Part shown: one piece after another, positions 11,040 through 22,890 of the stretch | Position numbering within the stretch: position 1 is the first letter of the stretch | Layout of the letters: each line of letters starts with the position of its first letter | IMG/VR virus record: IMGVR_UViG_3300027763_000027 | Coordinates: 96,001-160,000 of that record | DNA: 64,000 nucleotides | Direction: 5' to 3' (one strand) | From: a virus | Position numbers and translations under genes: made by a program | Notes under the pieces: generated by a model | Database searches by the model: none | What the model saw: only the letters and a program-made list of their open reading frames with translations | What the model was told of the DNA's origin: nothing

Positions 11040-11330
11040 ATGAAATACACAATAACATCGCAAGACAAAGAAGCACTAACTGAATTTGACCAGATAAAAG
11101 AAGGAGAAGTTTTTTCTTTCTTTGACCCCGAATCGGTTCAGCGAGGCAATCACGCAATCTATATGAAGATTAAAGTTCCTAATACAACAAGCGTAAATAT
11201 TCTAGATTTAGGAGATGGCAAGGCTTATGACTTTTCTAATAAAAAGCGTAACACACTAAATGACCCCGATGAGCAACAAGGCAATCGAGTTTATAAATTA
11301 AACGCAAAAATTAATATTGTTGTTTTATGA
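11040..11330 (+). CDS. Hypothetical protein
   Basis: 96-aa ORF. Confidence 0.55.
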   Translation: MKYTITSQDKEALTEFDQIKEGEVFSFFDPESVQRGNHAIYMKIKVPNTTSVNILDLGDGKAYDFSNKKRNTLNDPDEQQGNRVYKLNAKINIVVL

Positions 11331-11713
11331 GTAAAATCAAATATACATATTATATAGAGCAAGACAAGGATAAAGATGGAAACCTTGTGCAAGGTTGGTC
11401 AATTTATAAAACTCCATTAGTTAAAACTATTAAACTTAAAACATTTAAAAAGCTAAAAGATGCAGATACTTTTCTAGATAAATATGAAAGTAATTAGATA
11501 CATAAAACAATTAGAAGATGAGTTTGGAAATGACCTTGAATTATGGGGAGCTTACGAGGAAACTCGTAAAGACAATTACCCCAATGTTGATTTCATTGAT
11601 GCTAAATTGTTAAAAACCTTTCCAAGTCCTTATCACGCAAGGAATTGGATGGAAAATGATGGTAAGAACAATTAATTCTTTGACTTAAATTAAATTTAAA
11701 TTATATTTGAGTT

Positions 11714-12388
11714 ATGGATACAACTAAACCAGATCAGTTTTTCGCCAGCTTTAACGAGCTTCATAGTCACAAGGTAGAAGCCTATAAGCAGTATTGGGAA
11801 ACCCTTAAACCTTTAACCAATGAAGATATTTTTAGGCGTTATCTTTTTGCTTTCTGCTCGGTTCATACTACTTGGGAAGGCAACATCAAGGGTTATCTTG
11901 CTATTCGTGATTTTATTTATTGGAGATACAACCGCAAAGAATTGTTGAAGCGTCTTACTCGTTCTGGTGTTGGTTGTCAGAATGAACGCACAGATTATAT
12001 TTGGGATTTTGCAAAAGATTTCTGGCAGAATCCCAAAGACTTTGTTTGCTATAACAAGAAGCACTATATCAAGGTTCGTGATAGTCTTGTTGAGCGTATT
12101 CGTGGATTGAGCTATGCTAAAGTTAGCTTTGCTCTTGAGATGATTAATCCCAATCACACCAAAGTTGTATGCGGTGATGTTCACCATCTTCGATTCTATG
12201 GTATGGAGAATTTAAAATATACAAAGTCAAAGGTTGGTGCGTTAAAATATAAAGCGATGGAAAAGCATTGGATTGATAATTGCGATAAATTAGGTGTGCC
12301 ATCTTATATTGTTCGTTGCCTTATGTGGGACGATATTCAAAAACAAGCCGATAGTGATTATTGGGGATATGTTCTCAAGCCATTTTAA
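11714..12388 (+). CDS. Helix-hairpin-helix DNA glycosylase/AP lyase (Ogg-like)
   Basis: IRGLSYAKVSFAL (HhH with Lys) and VVCGDVHHLR resemble the GIGxKxAS...LDRHILR motifs of Ogg enzymes. Confidence 0.6.
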   Translation: MDTTKPDQFFASFNELHSHKVEAYKQYWETLKPLTNEDIFRRYLFAFCSVHTTWEGNIKGYLAIRDFIYWRYNRKELLKRLTRSGVGCQNERTDYIWDFAKDFWQNPKDFVCYNKKHYIKVRDSLVERIRGLSYAKVSFALEMINPNHTKVVCGDVHHLRFYGMENLKYTKSKVGALKYKAMEKHWIDNCDKLGVPSYIVRCLMWDDIQKQADSDYWGYVLKPF

Positions 12389-13367
12389 TATGAAAGCATC
12401 ATCTTATTTTACTGATGGAGAGATTGAATTAGCTATGGGAATCCTTGGAGATTTATTATCTAATAAAGATTTTTTAGATGAAATTTCAATATCTCACGAT
12501 GCTACCGATAAGTATTATAAATTAGTAGACAAGATAGATGTTTATTTTAATGATTTTAATTTACATAACGAAACTCCACAAGAATGAACCTAGAAGATTT
12601 AATTGATCGTAAAATTCTTTACTTGAATTACCCTATCAATAAGTATTTAATTCAAGAGGGAAAAGTAACAGAAATTTCTCCCGCCAAAAAATGTATTAAA
12701 ATAAATGCTGATTGGCATTTGAAGGATAACATTCGTATCATAGAATTATTTAGCGAAGATGAAAGGCCAAAGTTAGGATTTGGTTTGACAAAAAATGAAA
12801 AACAAGCAAAATAAAGATATGGAAAAAGCAATTAAACTTTTAGAGGAGCTTGTTAATCAAGCTGACGAAGATTGTCCTCAAGATTGTAGAACAATGCACT
12901 TCACTAATGCTCTTGAGGAAGCTAGTGAATTTATAATGGAGTATAAAAACACAAAATGAAAATGGGACGAGTTTGTTTGGATTTAAATTATATTGTAGAT
13001 ATGGACAATCAAGAAATGGTTGAACGAGCTATTGAATGTCTTTATGAAGATTTGATGCAAGGCGTAAAATATGGTAACATCACTAACTGGATTGATGTTA
13101 TCGAAGATAAAAACGCAAAAAAAAATATGATTCCAGAGTTCTTATTGGAGAAAGAGAATGACTAATCCAAGATCAAAGATTCTATCAGACCTTAAAAGAG
13201 CATATCTCAAAGAACATTCTATAACTCTTGTGGATAGGATTCTTGGTTATTTAAATAATCTAACAGATTTTCAACTTTGTCAATTATATTCTGAAAAGTA
13301 TGAAACTAACCCAAAATATATAGCAGAGCAGTTTGAGTTTAAATTTTAATATTTAATTAGAATTACT

Positions 13368-14108
13368 ATGATTTATATAGCGTATAGGGGAAGATTAGGC
13401 AATAGATTAATTCAATATTGTTTAGCGAGAATACTTTCCAAAAAATTCAACGAACAAATTTCGCATCCCGAAATAAAATTTTTCAAACCACGATATATAA
13501 CAAATTATAAAATTCATAAAAAAAATATTTTAGTTGATGATAATAATTTTTTAGAGATTTTACAATTAGAAAATTTAGAACCAGCAAATCTTGTTTTAAG
13601 TGGATATTTTCAAGATAAGTTGTTTTTATCAGAATATCGTAAAGAAATATTACAATTAATTAAATTTACTTGGGAAGAAAAAGAGGGTATATTTATACAT
13701 TATAGGCTAGGGGATTGTTTGACCAACAATAACGGAAGTATAAGGCTAATTCCAGCCCAAGAATATTATATGTATTGTTTAGATGAAATTTTAAAAACCT
13801 CAAATCAACAAGTTTATATATCTAGCGATTCGCCAAACCACGATAGAGTTACAAGTTTAAGCAAAAAATATAAAGCAAATATAATTAATTTTGAAAACCC
13901 GATAATCGCTATGTTTTATGGTTCTCAATTTAAAAATAAAATTTTAAGTTTAGGAACTTTTAGTTGGTGGATTGGTTTCTTGGGTAATCAAAACAATATA
14001 TATTATCCCGATGGTAAAGAATGTGGATATAACAGAAATATATTTAACCTAGAAGAATGGAAGTCTGTAAAAAGAAAAAAATATTTATTGAAAAAAGAAC
14101 AAAATTAG
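13368..14108 (+). CDS. Glycosyltransferase family 11 (alpha-1,2-fucosyltransferase-like)
   Basis: GRLGNRL, GYFQ, HYRLGD, SD, GTFSWW motifs. Confidence 0.85.
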   Translation: MIYIAYRGRLGNRLIQYCLARILSKKFNEQISHPEIKFFKPRYITNYKIHKKNILVDDNNFLEILQLENLEPANLVLSGYFQDKLFLSEYRKEILQLIKFTWEEKEGIFIHYRLGDCLTNNNGSIRLIPAQEYYMYCLDEILKTSNQQVYISSDSPNHDRVTSLSKKYKANIINFENPIIAMFYGSQFKNKILSLGTFSWWIGFLGNQNNIYYPDGKECGYNRNIFNLEEWKSVKRKKYLLKKEQN

Positions 14109-14538
14109 AATATTATATATTATATGGAAGAAGAAGTTAAAGCGATTCGCACAATAAAAGAGTTTATCTCTTGGTATGAAGCAAAAGAAAATATTAATAC
14201 TGAACAGAGTTTGCAGGGAGATTTAGAGCTTCACAAGTTTTATATTAAATTTAAATACATTCTTGAACAAGAAAAAGAAGAAAACAAAAGAATGGGTAAT
14301 TTTTTAGGATAAATCCTTGAAAGATCAAACCACATTAGTTAGCAGAGTAAATAAAGAGCTTCAAGAGCTAGAGAATGATATTACAGCTTTAGTTGAATGG
14401 CACGATAACAACTATAAAGATATTTCTGGAATCAAATGGCAAGAATTAGACGAGGCTCAACTCCTTGTTCAAAAAATTAAAAAATATATAAAAAAATAAT
14501 ACTTGCTTCTGTATTAAAATACAAGTATAAGTTTATAT

Positions 14539-14835
14539 ATGGCAACCGCAAAAATTACTAAAACAAGGAAATCAATAAAATCATTTATTGAAATGAATTA
14601 TAGTGATTATGCAGACAAGATTCTTCTTGCAGATGGATTCGATAATTGTCTCATAGGTTTTACGCCTAATGATAAAGGGAATCCAGTAGCAGTTTATGAT
14701 AAGTGGAAAATGATTAAACAATTATCTAAAGACTTGAAAAGTGATGATGGTGAAGCTCTTGAGTATTTTGAATTTAATATTGAAGGTGCTTATGTGGGAG
14801 AATTTACTCCTAAATATTTGGATAAATATGAATAA
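14539..14835 (+). CDS. Conserved hypothetical phage protein
   Basis: ADGFDNCLIG...AVYD...EALEYFEFNIEGAYVGEFTP, common phage family. Confidence 0.65.
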   Translation: MATAKITKTRKSIKSFIEMNYSDYADKILLADGFDNCLIGFTPNDKGNPVAVYDKWKMIKQLSKDLKSDDGEALEYFEFNIEGAYVGEFTPKYLDKYE

Positions 14836-15157
14836 AAAAATTAATTGGGTTAATCTAGTTTCTTCTTACGCATTATTTTCTTTTGGTTATAGTGCGGTTA
14901 TTTATATTATCTGGAATTATCTTTTCGCACCAGTTTTTGATAATTTGACTTTATCTTATTTACAAATTATTGGTGCTTATACGATTTGTAGAATTTTATT
15001 TGGTAATACTAACACAAATTATATTAGTAATTTTTATAGTCCACCAACTCCAGACCTAGATAAGATTGATGGCTACTTAAAAGAAATACAAGCAGATTTA
15101 GACAAAGAAGCAGACGAAGTTGAAAGACAATACGAAGATTTAGATAAAAAAGATTAG
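14828..15157 (+). CDS. Membrane protein (two TM segments)
   Basis: Likely start MNKKINW at 14828; hydrophobic N-half, acidic C-tail. Confidence 0.55.
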   Translation: MNKKINWVNLVSSYALFSFGYSAVIYIIWNYLFAPVFDNLTLSYLQIIGAYTICRILFGNTNTNYISNFYSPPTPDLDKIDGYLKEIQADLDKEADEVERQYEDLDKKD

Positions 15158-15158
15158 T

Positions 15159-15572
15159 ATGAACTTCAATAAGATTATTGAGGTTACTTATGCCTTGATT
15201 AATAAGCATAATGCAGATTTAAGATGCCGACATTTTTCTTTTATTCTTGACCGCAATCGTATTATTAGTATTGGAATGAACTCTACCAAGACTCATCCAA
15301 TGAATTTAAAATACAATTATGTAAATAAAAATAAAGAAAAGATTAGCAATATTGTTGGAACTCATAGCGAATTAAATGCAGTTATTAAACTTGGAGAGGA
15401 AGATTGTTCTAAATTAACCCTAGTTAATACTAGAATCAATAGAAATAATGTCTTAGATAATTCTTCTCCTTGCTCTGGATGTGCTGATATGATTAATCAG
15501 TTAAATTTTAAAAATGTATATTTTAGTAATCTTAAAGGTGGATTTGATAAATTTAATTTGACAAATAGTTAA
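15159..15572 (+). CDS. Cytidine/dCMP deaminase-like zinc protein
   Basis: HSE...PCSGC zinc-binding motif. Confidence 0.75.
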   Translation: MNFNKIIEVTYALINKHNADLRCRHFSFILDRNRIISIGMNSTKTHPMNLKYNYVNKNKEKISNIVGTHSELNAVIKLGEEDCSKLTLVNTRINRNNVLDNSSPCSGCADMINQLNFKNVYFSNLKGGFDKFNLTNS

Positions 15573-15936
15573 AATATATATAATATTAATCATTATGGCA
15601 AACAGACCCAAAACATACTTTGTTAAAATGACAGACAACATTAATGGAACATTTACCATTAGTGAGGCAAAGGTTCTTGATAAGGTTAATCAACACACTC
15701 GTCATTGGCGTTCCTTTGATAAGCGTAAATTGACTAGCAAGCTCCGAGTTGCTGACATTCTTACAAAGTAATACTATTATAGGATACATTCATAGGGATT
15801 AAATGCCCCTATGGGTGTAATCTATATTATTATGAAGTCTATAAATCATAAGGAATTATTTAGTCGCTAGAAGAAGTTAATCTAGCTTGACATTTTAATC
15901 AATTTAAATTAATCTCAAATAAGTCGAGGACAAGTT

Positions 15937-16404
15937 ATGAAAATACTATGTAGAATATCCGTTTTGTTGTTAGCCTCTTGTATATTATTCAAGAGCGAAA
16001 TAACATCATCTTCAAAGAAACCTATTATCTTTAATAAAGATCAAATGGTTGATAATTTTATTAAAACTAATACTCCCAAGAAAGAAATCAAGGTTCGCTT
16101 AACTGCTTATTGGGCAAGAGGTTCTGATACGGATTCTTGGAGTGCAAAGAGACAAAGCTCTACTGGTGCGACTCTTAAACCTAATAAGAGCGTTGCAGTA
16201 GACCCTAGAATTATACCTTACTTCTCAAGACTTTATATTCCTAATCTTGGATTTAGATTTGCTCACGATACTGGCACAGATGTTATTAGAAAGAAAGCTA
16301 GTCACGGCAAGTATCCAGTTGTTGATATTTTCTTTATGACAGAAAAAGAAGCTATGAGGTTTGTTAATAATAATCCTAAAATAGTTAAAGTTGCTGTATA
16401 TTAA
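15937..16404 (+). CDS. 3D-domain (MltA-like) cell-wall protein with signal anchor
   Basis: TAY, VAVDPRIIP, AHDTG, VVDIF (three Asp); hydrophobic N-terminus. Confidence 0.8.
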   Translation: MKILCRISVLLLASCILFKSEITSSSKKPIIFNKDQMVDNFIKTNTPKKEIKVRLTAYWARGSDTDSWSAKRQSSTGATLKPNKSVAVDPRIIPYFSRLYIPNLGFRFAHDTGTDVIRKKASHGKYPVVDIFFMTEKEAMRFVNNNPKIVKVAVY

Positions 16405-16781
16405 AATGATTATTGATGATAGCGTAACTTTTTTTGGTGTTTATTTTTATAACTGCACATTAAACTTAAATACCATAAAAGCATTACAAAAGATAATGGA
16501 TAATTACAAATACAACAATTTAATTCTTTGTCAAAAAGATCAGTTTGGTGGGTATCTTTTGACTCATAATGTATTTAATGATAAGAAAATGAGAGATGTG
16601 CAAAGTCATTATTTTAAAACAAAAGATTCTTTAAAGCAATCATATAAAGATATGCTTAATAAATTTTCTAATATAGAAAAAACTTTTTATTTGATTTGTT
16701 CTGAATATAATGATATAAATGAAACAGAAGGTTTATTATCAAAATGGAGAGAAGGAATCCAAGAAGCGTGTAATACATAAT

Positions 16782-16991
16782 ATGCCTTCTAAAGAGAAAA
16801 AAATGACACTTTTAACAGATCATTTAGAAAGTTTAAATTATTGGAGAGATCAATTATTGGGTTTAGAGAAATCGTATTATAGTAAAGACCCCGAAAAAGA
16901 AAGAACTTGCCGTAATATGATTAATAAATATTTAGATGATGTTTTAGATCATAATAAAAAAATCAAGGAAAAGTCTAAAAACAAGGTGTAA
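16782..16991 (+). CDS. Hypothetical protein
   Basis: Start MPSKEKK preceded by GTGTAA at 16768. Confidence 0.5.
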   Translation: MPSKEKKMTLLTDHLESLNYWRDQLLGLEKSYYSKDPEKERTCRNMINKYLDDVLDHNKKIKEKSKNKV

Positions 16992-18476
16992 TAGTTGATA
17001 GAACAAATTTATGGAAATCGCAATTTTATCAGCTTGTTTTATTTTAGGTGGAATTTTTGGAGTCCGTATATGAACTGGCTTACCGACCTTTATTGGAATA
17101 TTCGTCTTAAAATTGAAGATAAAATTTATGAATGGCAATCTAATCGTGAATTAGCTAGACTTGAAAAAGAAGATGTTGCTTTTGCTGATGAAGATAATAA
17201 CGAAATTATAGCTAGTTGGGAAGATGAAGAAGTAGAAGTTAAACCAAAGAAAAAGAAAGCCAAAAAGAAAAGTGTTAAGAAAGTTAAAAAAAGTAATTAA
17301 TTTTATTTTAAACCTCAAATTAGAGTGTGGTTGTAGAGGTTGTAAGCCAAGGTATAAAGCACCAGTCAAGAAAAAATGCGATGGAAAATGTGTTTCTTGT
17401 AAATGTAAAAAAGATTAAAAGATTCATTTAAAATTTTCTTGCTTTTTTATTAAATTCTTTGTATAAAAGAGGACTATGGCATTAACAAAACAAGACTTAA
17501 AAGAAATCAGAGCATTTCAAGCTAATCTAAAAAACTCTGGTATGAATCCTTGGGGTAATCTCAAGCGTGGTAAAGATATGAAAGTGACAAATATGGGCAG
17601 ACCCAAGAGGGCTATCTACAATAAAGAAGATGTGAACGAACAGCCCAAAGAAGAAAAGTTTAAAAATAAATAATATATATTGACATTATCTCAAATATAT
17701 ACTAATATTAACATTATGAATACAACTCAAACTCAATATACTTGGCAAGTCAAAGCTACGACTGGTCAGCTTGTTGTTGCTCCCAAGAGTTACCCAACTC
17801 TCCGTGGTGCAAAGATCGCTAGTAAGCGATTTGCCAACAAGACTGGTGGTGCGGTAGTTTCTGTCTCGGTCAAGTAATGTAATGGTAGGATAGATGGTTC
17901 AATCCCACTATCCTATCATATAATTTTATGTGGACTCCAGTAGAAATTTTTCTTTTAACATTACTTTTGAATCATTCGCCAACAAAAAGCGAAAGACTTT
18001 CAGTAAAAGAAGTTATTCAAAATCGTGAAGCTCAATTAGTAATAGAAAGCGTATCGTTAAGAAATGACTTTCAGTATTAAAAGAATAATAGGTTTTGTAT
18101 TATATTGTTTATTTTGGATACTTTTGGCATACTTGTTTATTGGTTGTGTAAATACATCCTATAAGACGATTCCTAGTGCGATGAGTGAAGATGCTCAAGA
18201 TTATCCTACAAAATATAATATGATGGATAGTCAAGATGGTCGCAGAAATCCTAATGCTCAAGTAAATATTTTTGGTGCGACCTATTGACGATTTTTAAAT
18301 TTGCAGTATATTGAATATATGAGCAAAACTAAAACGAAGAAAACTAATATAGTAAGAATTGAAATCAACAGAGGTATGGCAGAAGTTGTGTCTAAACCAG
18401 CAGGGGTAGTTGTTGAGATTGCTGACTTTGACAATGAAGATCATATTGAAACATACGGAGTTAGGCAAGTTATCAA

Positions 18477-19019
18477 ATGAAAAAGAAATTCAAGAACGCA
18501 TTAAAGTTTTACAATAGTCTTTCGGGAGATGAGAGAGAAGTTGTTACTCGTAATTATGTTGAGATGAGTAAAATGGATTTAATTGAGCTTGTCTTTCAAA
18601 ATAGACCTTATTATGATGATCTTGAGAAGATTGTAAATTCTCATAGAAAAGAGTTGGCTCATATTCAAAAAGAAATACTTGCAACCAAGAAAGATCAAAA
18701 GAAGAAGTTAGCAGAATTTAAAAGTGGCGTAAGATATAAAGTAACAATCTATACTATCACAGATGATATTAGTAACAAACACGGCTCAAGCTCCCAGCAT
18801 ATTCTTGAATCTTATGCAGACGAAGCAGAGAATGATGCTCACGGATGCGTTACAAGAGAAGAAGATGAGGAATATCTGACAGATGCAGAATTAGACGATT
18901 GGGCTGAATTTAACGGAGCAAAAGAAGAATTAGCAGAGTGGAGAAAAGAAAGAGAGTTAGAACAATTTGATATGAAAGGTGAGGAAGTTGTCAAGAGAAA
19001 GTCTAGAAGGTGTTCCTAG
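18477..19019 (+). CDS. Hypothetical protein (N-domain paralogous to 19217-19474)
   Basis: KKFKN...DLIELVF similarity. Confidence 0.6.
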   Translation: MKKKFKNALKFYNSLSGDEREVVTRNYVEMSKMDLIELVFQNRPYYDDLEKIVNSHRKELAHIQKEILATKKDQKKKLAEFKSGVRYKVTIYTITDDISNKHGSSSQHILESYADEAENDAHGCVTREEDEEYLTDAELDDWAEFNGAKEELAEWRKERELEQFDMKGEEVVKRKSRRCS

Positions 19020-19474
19020 AATGAAGAAAATTAAAAAAGATAAATACACCTTTCAGTATGAATATGCTGATGAAATTGGCAGAGAAACGAATCATAAGAT
19101 TACTTTTAATGCAACAACTATTGATGAAATTTGCTGTAAGTTAAGAGATTTTCTTAAAGGATGCGGATTTTCATTTGACGAAATAGGAGTAATAGATTAT
19201 GACAAAGAAGATGAAGATGAAAAAGTTTAAAAATATCAAAGAGTTTCTTGAGACTTGTTCCGAGGGTGAAAAAGAGTATGTCTATGATTTGTATAATAAT
19301 GCTTCAGTAGCAGATTTAATTGATTTACTTTTTGAACATTTGCCAGCAGATGAGACTATAAAAGAAATTGAAGAATACAGAGAAGAACTAGAATGGGACG
19401 ATAACGAAGCTAAAAAATCAAATAAACTCAATAGAAAGTGCGATTGTGACTTTGTTGGATGCCAAGGTTGTTAA

Positions 19475-19708
19475 ATGAAAAAACAGATTCCACAGATTAA
19501 ATATAGCAATCTTAAATCTATTACATCTTATGTTGCAGATTTACAAGGAGACGAGAAAGCATTTAAAATACTAAAGAATGTTGGCAAGAAGGTTATCACA
19601 GAAGAAGAATATATTATGATTGGTTTTAGGCATATATTCTCAAATTCAAAAAATAATAAATTTGAATTGACTTCTCTTAATAAAAAGTTAAAATCTAAAA
19701 AGAGATGA
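19475..19708 (+). CDS. Hypothetical protein, tandem paralog of 19705-19947
   Basis: GKKVITEEEYIMIGF vs GRRVITEDEFINIGF. Confidence 0.6.
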   Translation: MKKQIPQIKYSNLKSITSYVADLQGDEKAFKILKNVGKKVITEEEYIMIGFRHIFSNSKNNKFELTSLNKKLKSKKR

Positions 19709-19947
19709 AAAATAAAACAATATCTAAAAACGACCCTTACCATCTTAAAGTAGGTAAATTCAAGAAAAAGAATGTATTTGATACTCAAGTAGATATGGGA
19801 GATCGTATGAGAGATTTTTTCCTTGGCTTGGGCAGAAGGGTAATTACAGAAGATGAGTTTATTAATATTGGTTTTAACTATGCACTAATTAAAGGCTTGG
19901 GCGAAGCGAAAAAAACTAATAAAAAATCAAAGAAAGGTCGAAATTAA
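19705..19947 (+). CDS. Hypothetical protein, tandem paralog of 19475-19708
   Basis: See previous feature. Confidence 0.6.
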   Translation: MKNKTISKNDPYHLKVGKFKKKNVFDTQVDMGDRMRDFFLGLGRRVITEDEFINIGFNYALIKGLGEAKKTNKKSKKGRN

Positions 19948-19970
19948 AGGCGAAATGATTTTTTTATATT

Positions 19971-20393
19971 ATGGATAAAGAATTAGCTTTAATTTGGGAA
20001 AATTTAAAACAATTTGGCTATTTTTCTCCTTATATTTATCTAAAAAGTGCTGGACATAAAGGTTTAGGAGTTTTTGCGAAAACTGATATTCCGCAAGGTG
20101 TTATTATAGAATATTGTCATTCTTTTGTTTTAAATAATGCAATTAAAGATATGCAAGATAATAAATTAAATCAATATATTTATACTTTTCATTCGGGCAA
20201 AAGGGGAATTATACCAATGGGATTTGGTATGATATATAATAGTGCTGATAGTCAAGAAGAAGCAAATGCAGAATATGTTGCTTTTGATCAAGAAAATCTT
20301 GTAATTTATAAAGCTAAAAAAAATATTGACAAAGATGCTGAAATTCTGTTATGGTGGGGAGAGGATTATTACAACTATTGGTGCAAAAAATAA
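19971..20393 (+). CDS. SET-domain protein-lysine methyltransferase
   Basis: KGLGVFAKTDIPQG, GMIYNSA...NA, AKKNIDKDAEILLWWGEDY (GxGxFA, NHS-like, ExxxxY motifs). Confidence 0.8.
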   Translation: MDKELALIWENLKQFGYFSPYIYLKSAGHKGLGVFAKTDIPQGVIIEYCHSFVLNNAIKDMQDNKLNQYIYTFHSGKRGIIPMGFGMIYNSADSQEEANAEYVAFDQENLVIYKAKKNIDKDAEILLWWGEDYYNYWCKK

Positions 20394-20398
20394 ATAAA

Positions 20399-20734
20399 AT
20401 GACATTTAATAACTATCAAGCCAATGCTGGTCGAACTGCTTTTTATCCAAGAGATTTAGCGGGTGATGGGTTATACTATACTACTTTAGGGCTTGTTGGT
20501 GAAGCTGGTGAGATTGCTAATAAAGTTAAGAAGGTAATGAGAGATAACAATGGAAACCTCTCAAAAGAAAATAAAGCTAGTATTGCTGATGAACTTGGTG
20601 ATGTGCTTTGGTATTGTGCGAGTTTAGCAGATGAACTTGGTATGAATCTTGAAGATATTGCAGGAAATAATATAATTAAACTTGCAGATAGATTAAAAAG
20701 AGGTAAAATAAAAGGAAGTGGAGATAAAAGGTAA
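20399..20734 (+). CDS. mazG: MazG-like NTP pyrophosphohydrolase
   Basis: LGLVGEAGEIANKVKK, DELGDVLWY, GSGDKR. Confidence 0.9.
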   Translation: MTFNNYQANAGRTAFYPRDLAGDGLYYTTLGLVGEAGEIANKVKKVMRDNNGNLSKENKASIADELGDVLWYCASLADELGMNLEDIAGNNIIKLADRLKRGKIKGSGDKR

Positions 20735-20913
20735 CAAATGATAATTTCTAATAAAGAATTGACTTGTGTTAATTGTGGCAGAGTTGTTACACCAGAGCAA
20801 ATGAAAAAAGATGAAGTGCGTATGCACAGATATAAAGATGACTTTTATTGTGAGCTATGCTATGGAGACATAAGGGAGCAAATATATAAATCTATGAATG
20901 AGGGAGAAAATCT

Positions 20914-21219
20914 ATGACTCAATTTATTAACGCTAACCCATTAGATTATGACGCAAAGTATCCTCAAAGCGTTGATACTAGCGTAAATGAAGATGCTAAA
21001 ATGTTTCTTATGGAACGAAATGAAGGCAAAGAGGTAGCGTTTCAGATTGAAGATGGAACTCAATACTATGGTAAGATTAGCTATGTGCCAAATAGTGAGC
21101 ATTATTGTGTTGTTGTCGATAAGAATGGAACTCCTTGGGAATGGTATGTTAGGGAAGAAGCTGTAAGATTTGTAGAAAATACTATCAAAGAAAGCCTTTG
21201 GCAAAATCCTTTAGTATAA
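20914..21219 (+). CDS. Hypothetical protein
   Basis: 101-aa ORF with GGGAG SD-like sequence. Confidence 0.6.
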   Translation: MTQFINANPLDYDAKYPQSVDTSVNEDAKMFLMERNEGKEVAFQIEDGTQYYGKISYVPNSEHYCVVVDKNGTPWEWYVREEAVRFVENTIKESLWQNPLV

Positions 21220-22228
21220 TGAATTTGATAGTGCCATTATTAGCGGTATCGCTTGTGGGATGGTTTGTTTATCTATTAAATCAAAGATAATATGTTCCTT
21301 ATAATTAATGATAATCTGACTTATACTGACCTAAACCTCACTATTAGCCTTGATCTTGCAATATTCTTATGCAGTTTCTTGGCACTATTCTTTTTGAACT
21401 GCTTTATTTTACTTGAAATAAAGGCTATTAGAAGGTATATTAAAAAGAGAGGTGAAAAGTAAGATTATGTCTTTATTAGGTATATATTTTGATATAGAAG
21501 GGTATGTATTCAAGCCCTTTTACCTACTACTAGGGGTATTATACTTTATTGTATTAATAACTTTATTAGGAACTTTGTATGTTGTGCTATACTTAAGAAA
21601 TACTCTAGAGAATGTGTTAAATAACATAGAAAACAATAGAAAGAAGTATAATAAGTTAAAATAGTATTGGTTATCCCGAAAATATATATTTACAAGCAAG
21701 TCAAGCATAAAATTATAAAAATATCTATTATTTATATAGTATATTACTTAAATGAACCTAGATTTAGAGCAACAATTAAGTAAATATTATGAAACTATAA
21801 AGAATCCCTCTTATAGACTAGATAACTGGATAATAGCTAATAATGAACTATATAATATACTATATAATAACTTAACTATAAGTAATATAATATCAGTTAG
21901 TCAAACTACAATTAATGAATTAGTAATAGTATTTGATACTAAAAAAGAATACTATGTATTCAAATACAATAATAACTATATATGTTTGAAGATTAGTCCA
22001 ACAGAATATGGATTAATAACTCAAGATTATCAATTATTAGCAGTAGAACAAAATGCACTATATACTCTAATAAATAATAAAGAAACGGCAAGATTCAAAG
22101 AGCTATGCAAGTTATTGAAGTGGAAGATAAGCAAAAGAGCAAAGGATGATTTAAATTATTTTAAGAATATTTAAATTAATTTAAAAAATTTTATTGACTT
22201 TTGATTATATTTGTTTTATTATTAAATA

Positions 22229-22290
22229 CTTGGAAGCCGTGACCCAAGGAAGCATAGGTTGGTGGTTATCCTAAGCTCATAAAAAACCAC
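22229..22290 (+). ncRNA. Candidate hairpin + H-type pseudoknot leader RNA
   Basis: Starts at predicted TSS of TTGACT(22194)-17-TATTAT; CTTGG/CCAAG hairpin, AGC-TAGG/CCTA-GCT stem, loop GTGGTT complementary to AACCAC after an A-run. Confidence 0.35.
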
Positions 22291-22890
22291 ATTAACTAAA
22301 AGCAAATAACCAAATACTAAATAATATGCCCGAAATAACACAAACAACACTACTCTTATTAAGCGGATTAGCAATCCTTCATTGGATGCAATTTGCCAAA
22401 TAAATGATATCAAATAATCAAATAAGAGCTTTGTCAGAGGACGAGCTAACTTATCTTTTTTATTGCTGTAAAACTGAATGGGATAGTCTAAATATGGGTT
22501 ATGATTTTGATTGGTATGTGCTTAAAGCATTTAGAAATAATATGATACATAATTTATTAAATAAACATAGTGCGAACTTGACAGATGAAAATAAAGGTAT
22601 TATACTACAAATACTAAATAAATTGGAGGCAAATATATGAATCATTTAATAGCTTGGGCAATTCTTGTAACAGCTTTCAGTTCGGGGCTATATCCAATTT
22701 ATAAATTTGTTAGATCTAAATATGTATCCTATGATACAAATCCGATTCGCTATTGGTCAAATAGAAAGCAAAGAGTAAAGAAAAGATATAAGACTCTTAG
22801 AAGGTATAAAGCTAAAAAGCGAAATAGCTATCTTGCAGTTATAAATAAATATAAATTGACATCTCGTAAATAAAGGTTATATATAGTTAT

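Noticed and set aside
21220-22190. Very AT-rich low-complexity stretch as a replication origin
   Set aside because: No iterons or clear repeats seen; it contains plausible ORFs; cannot be supported without skew data.
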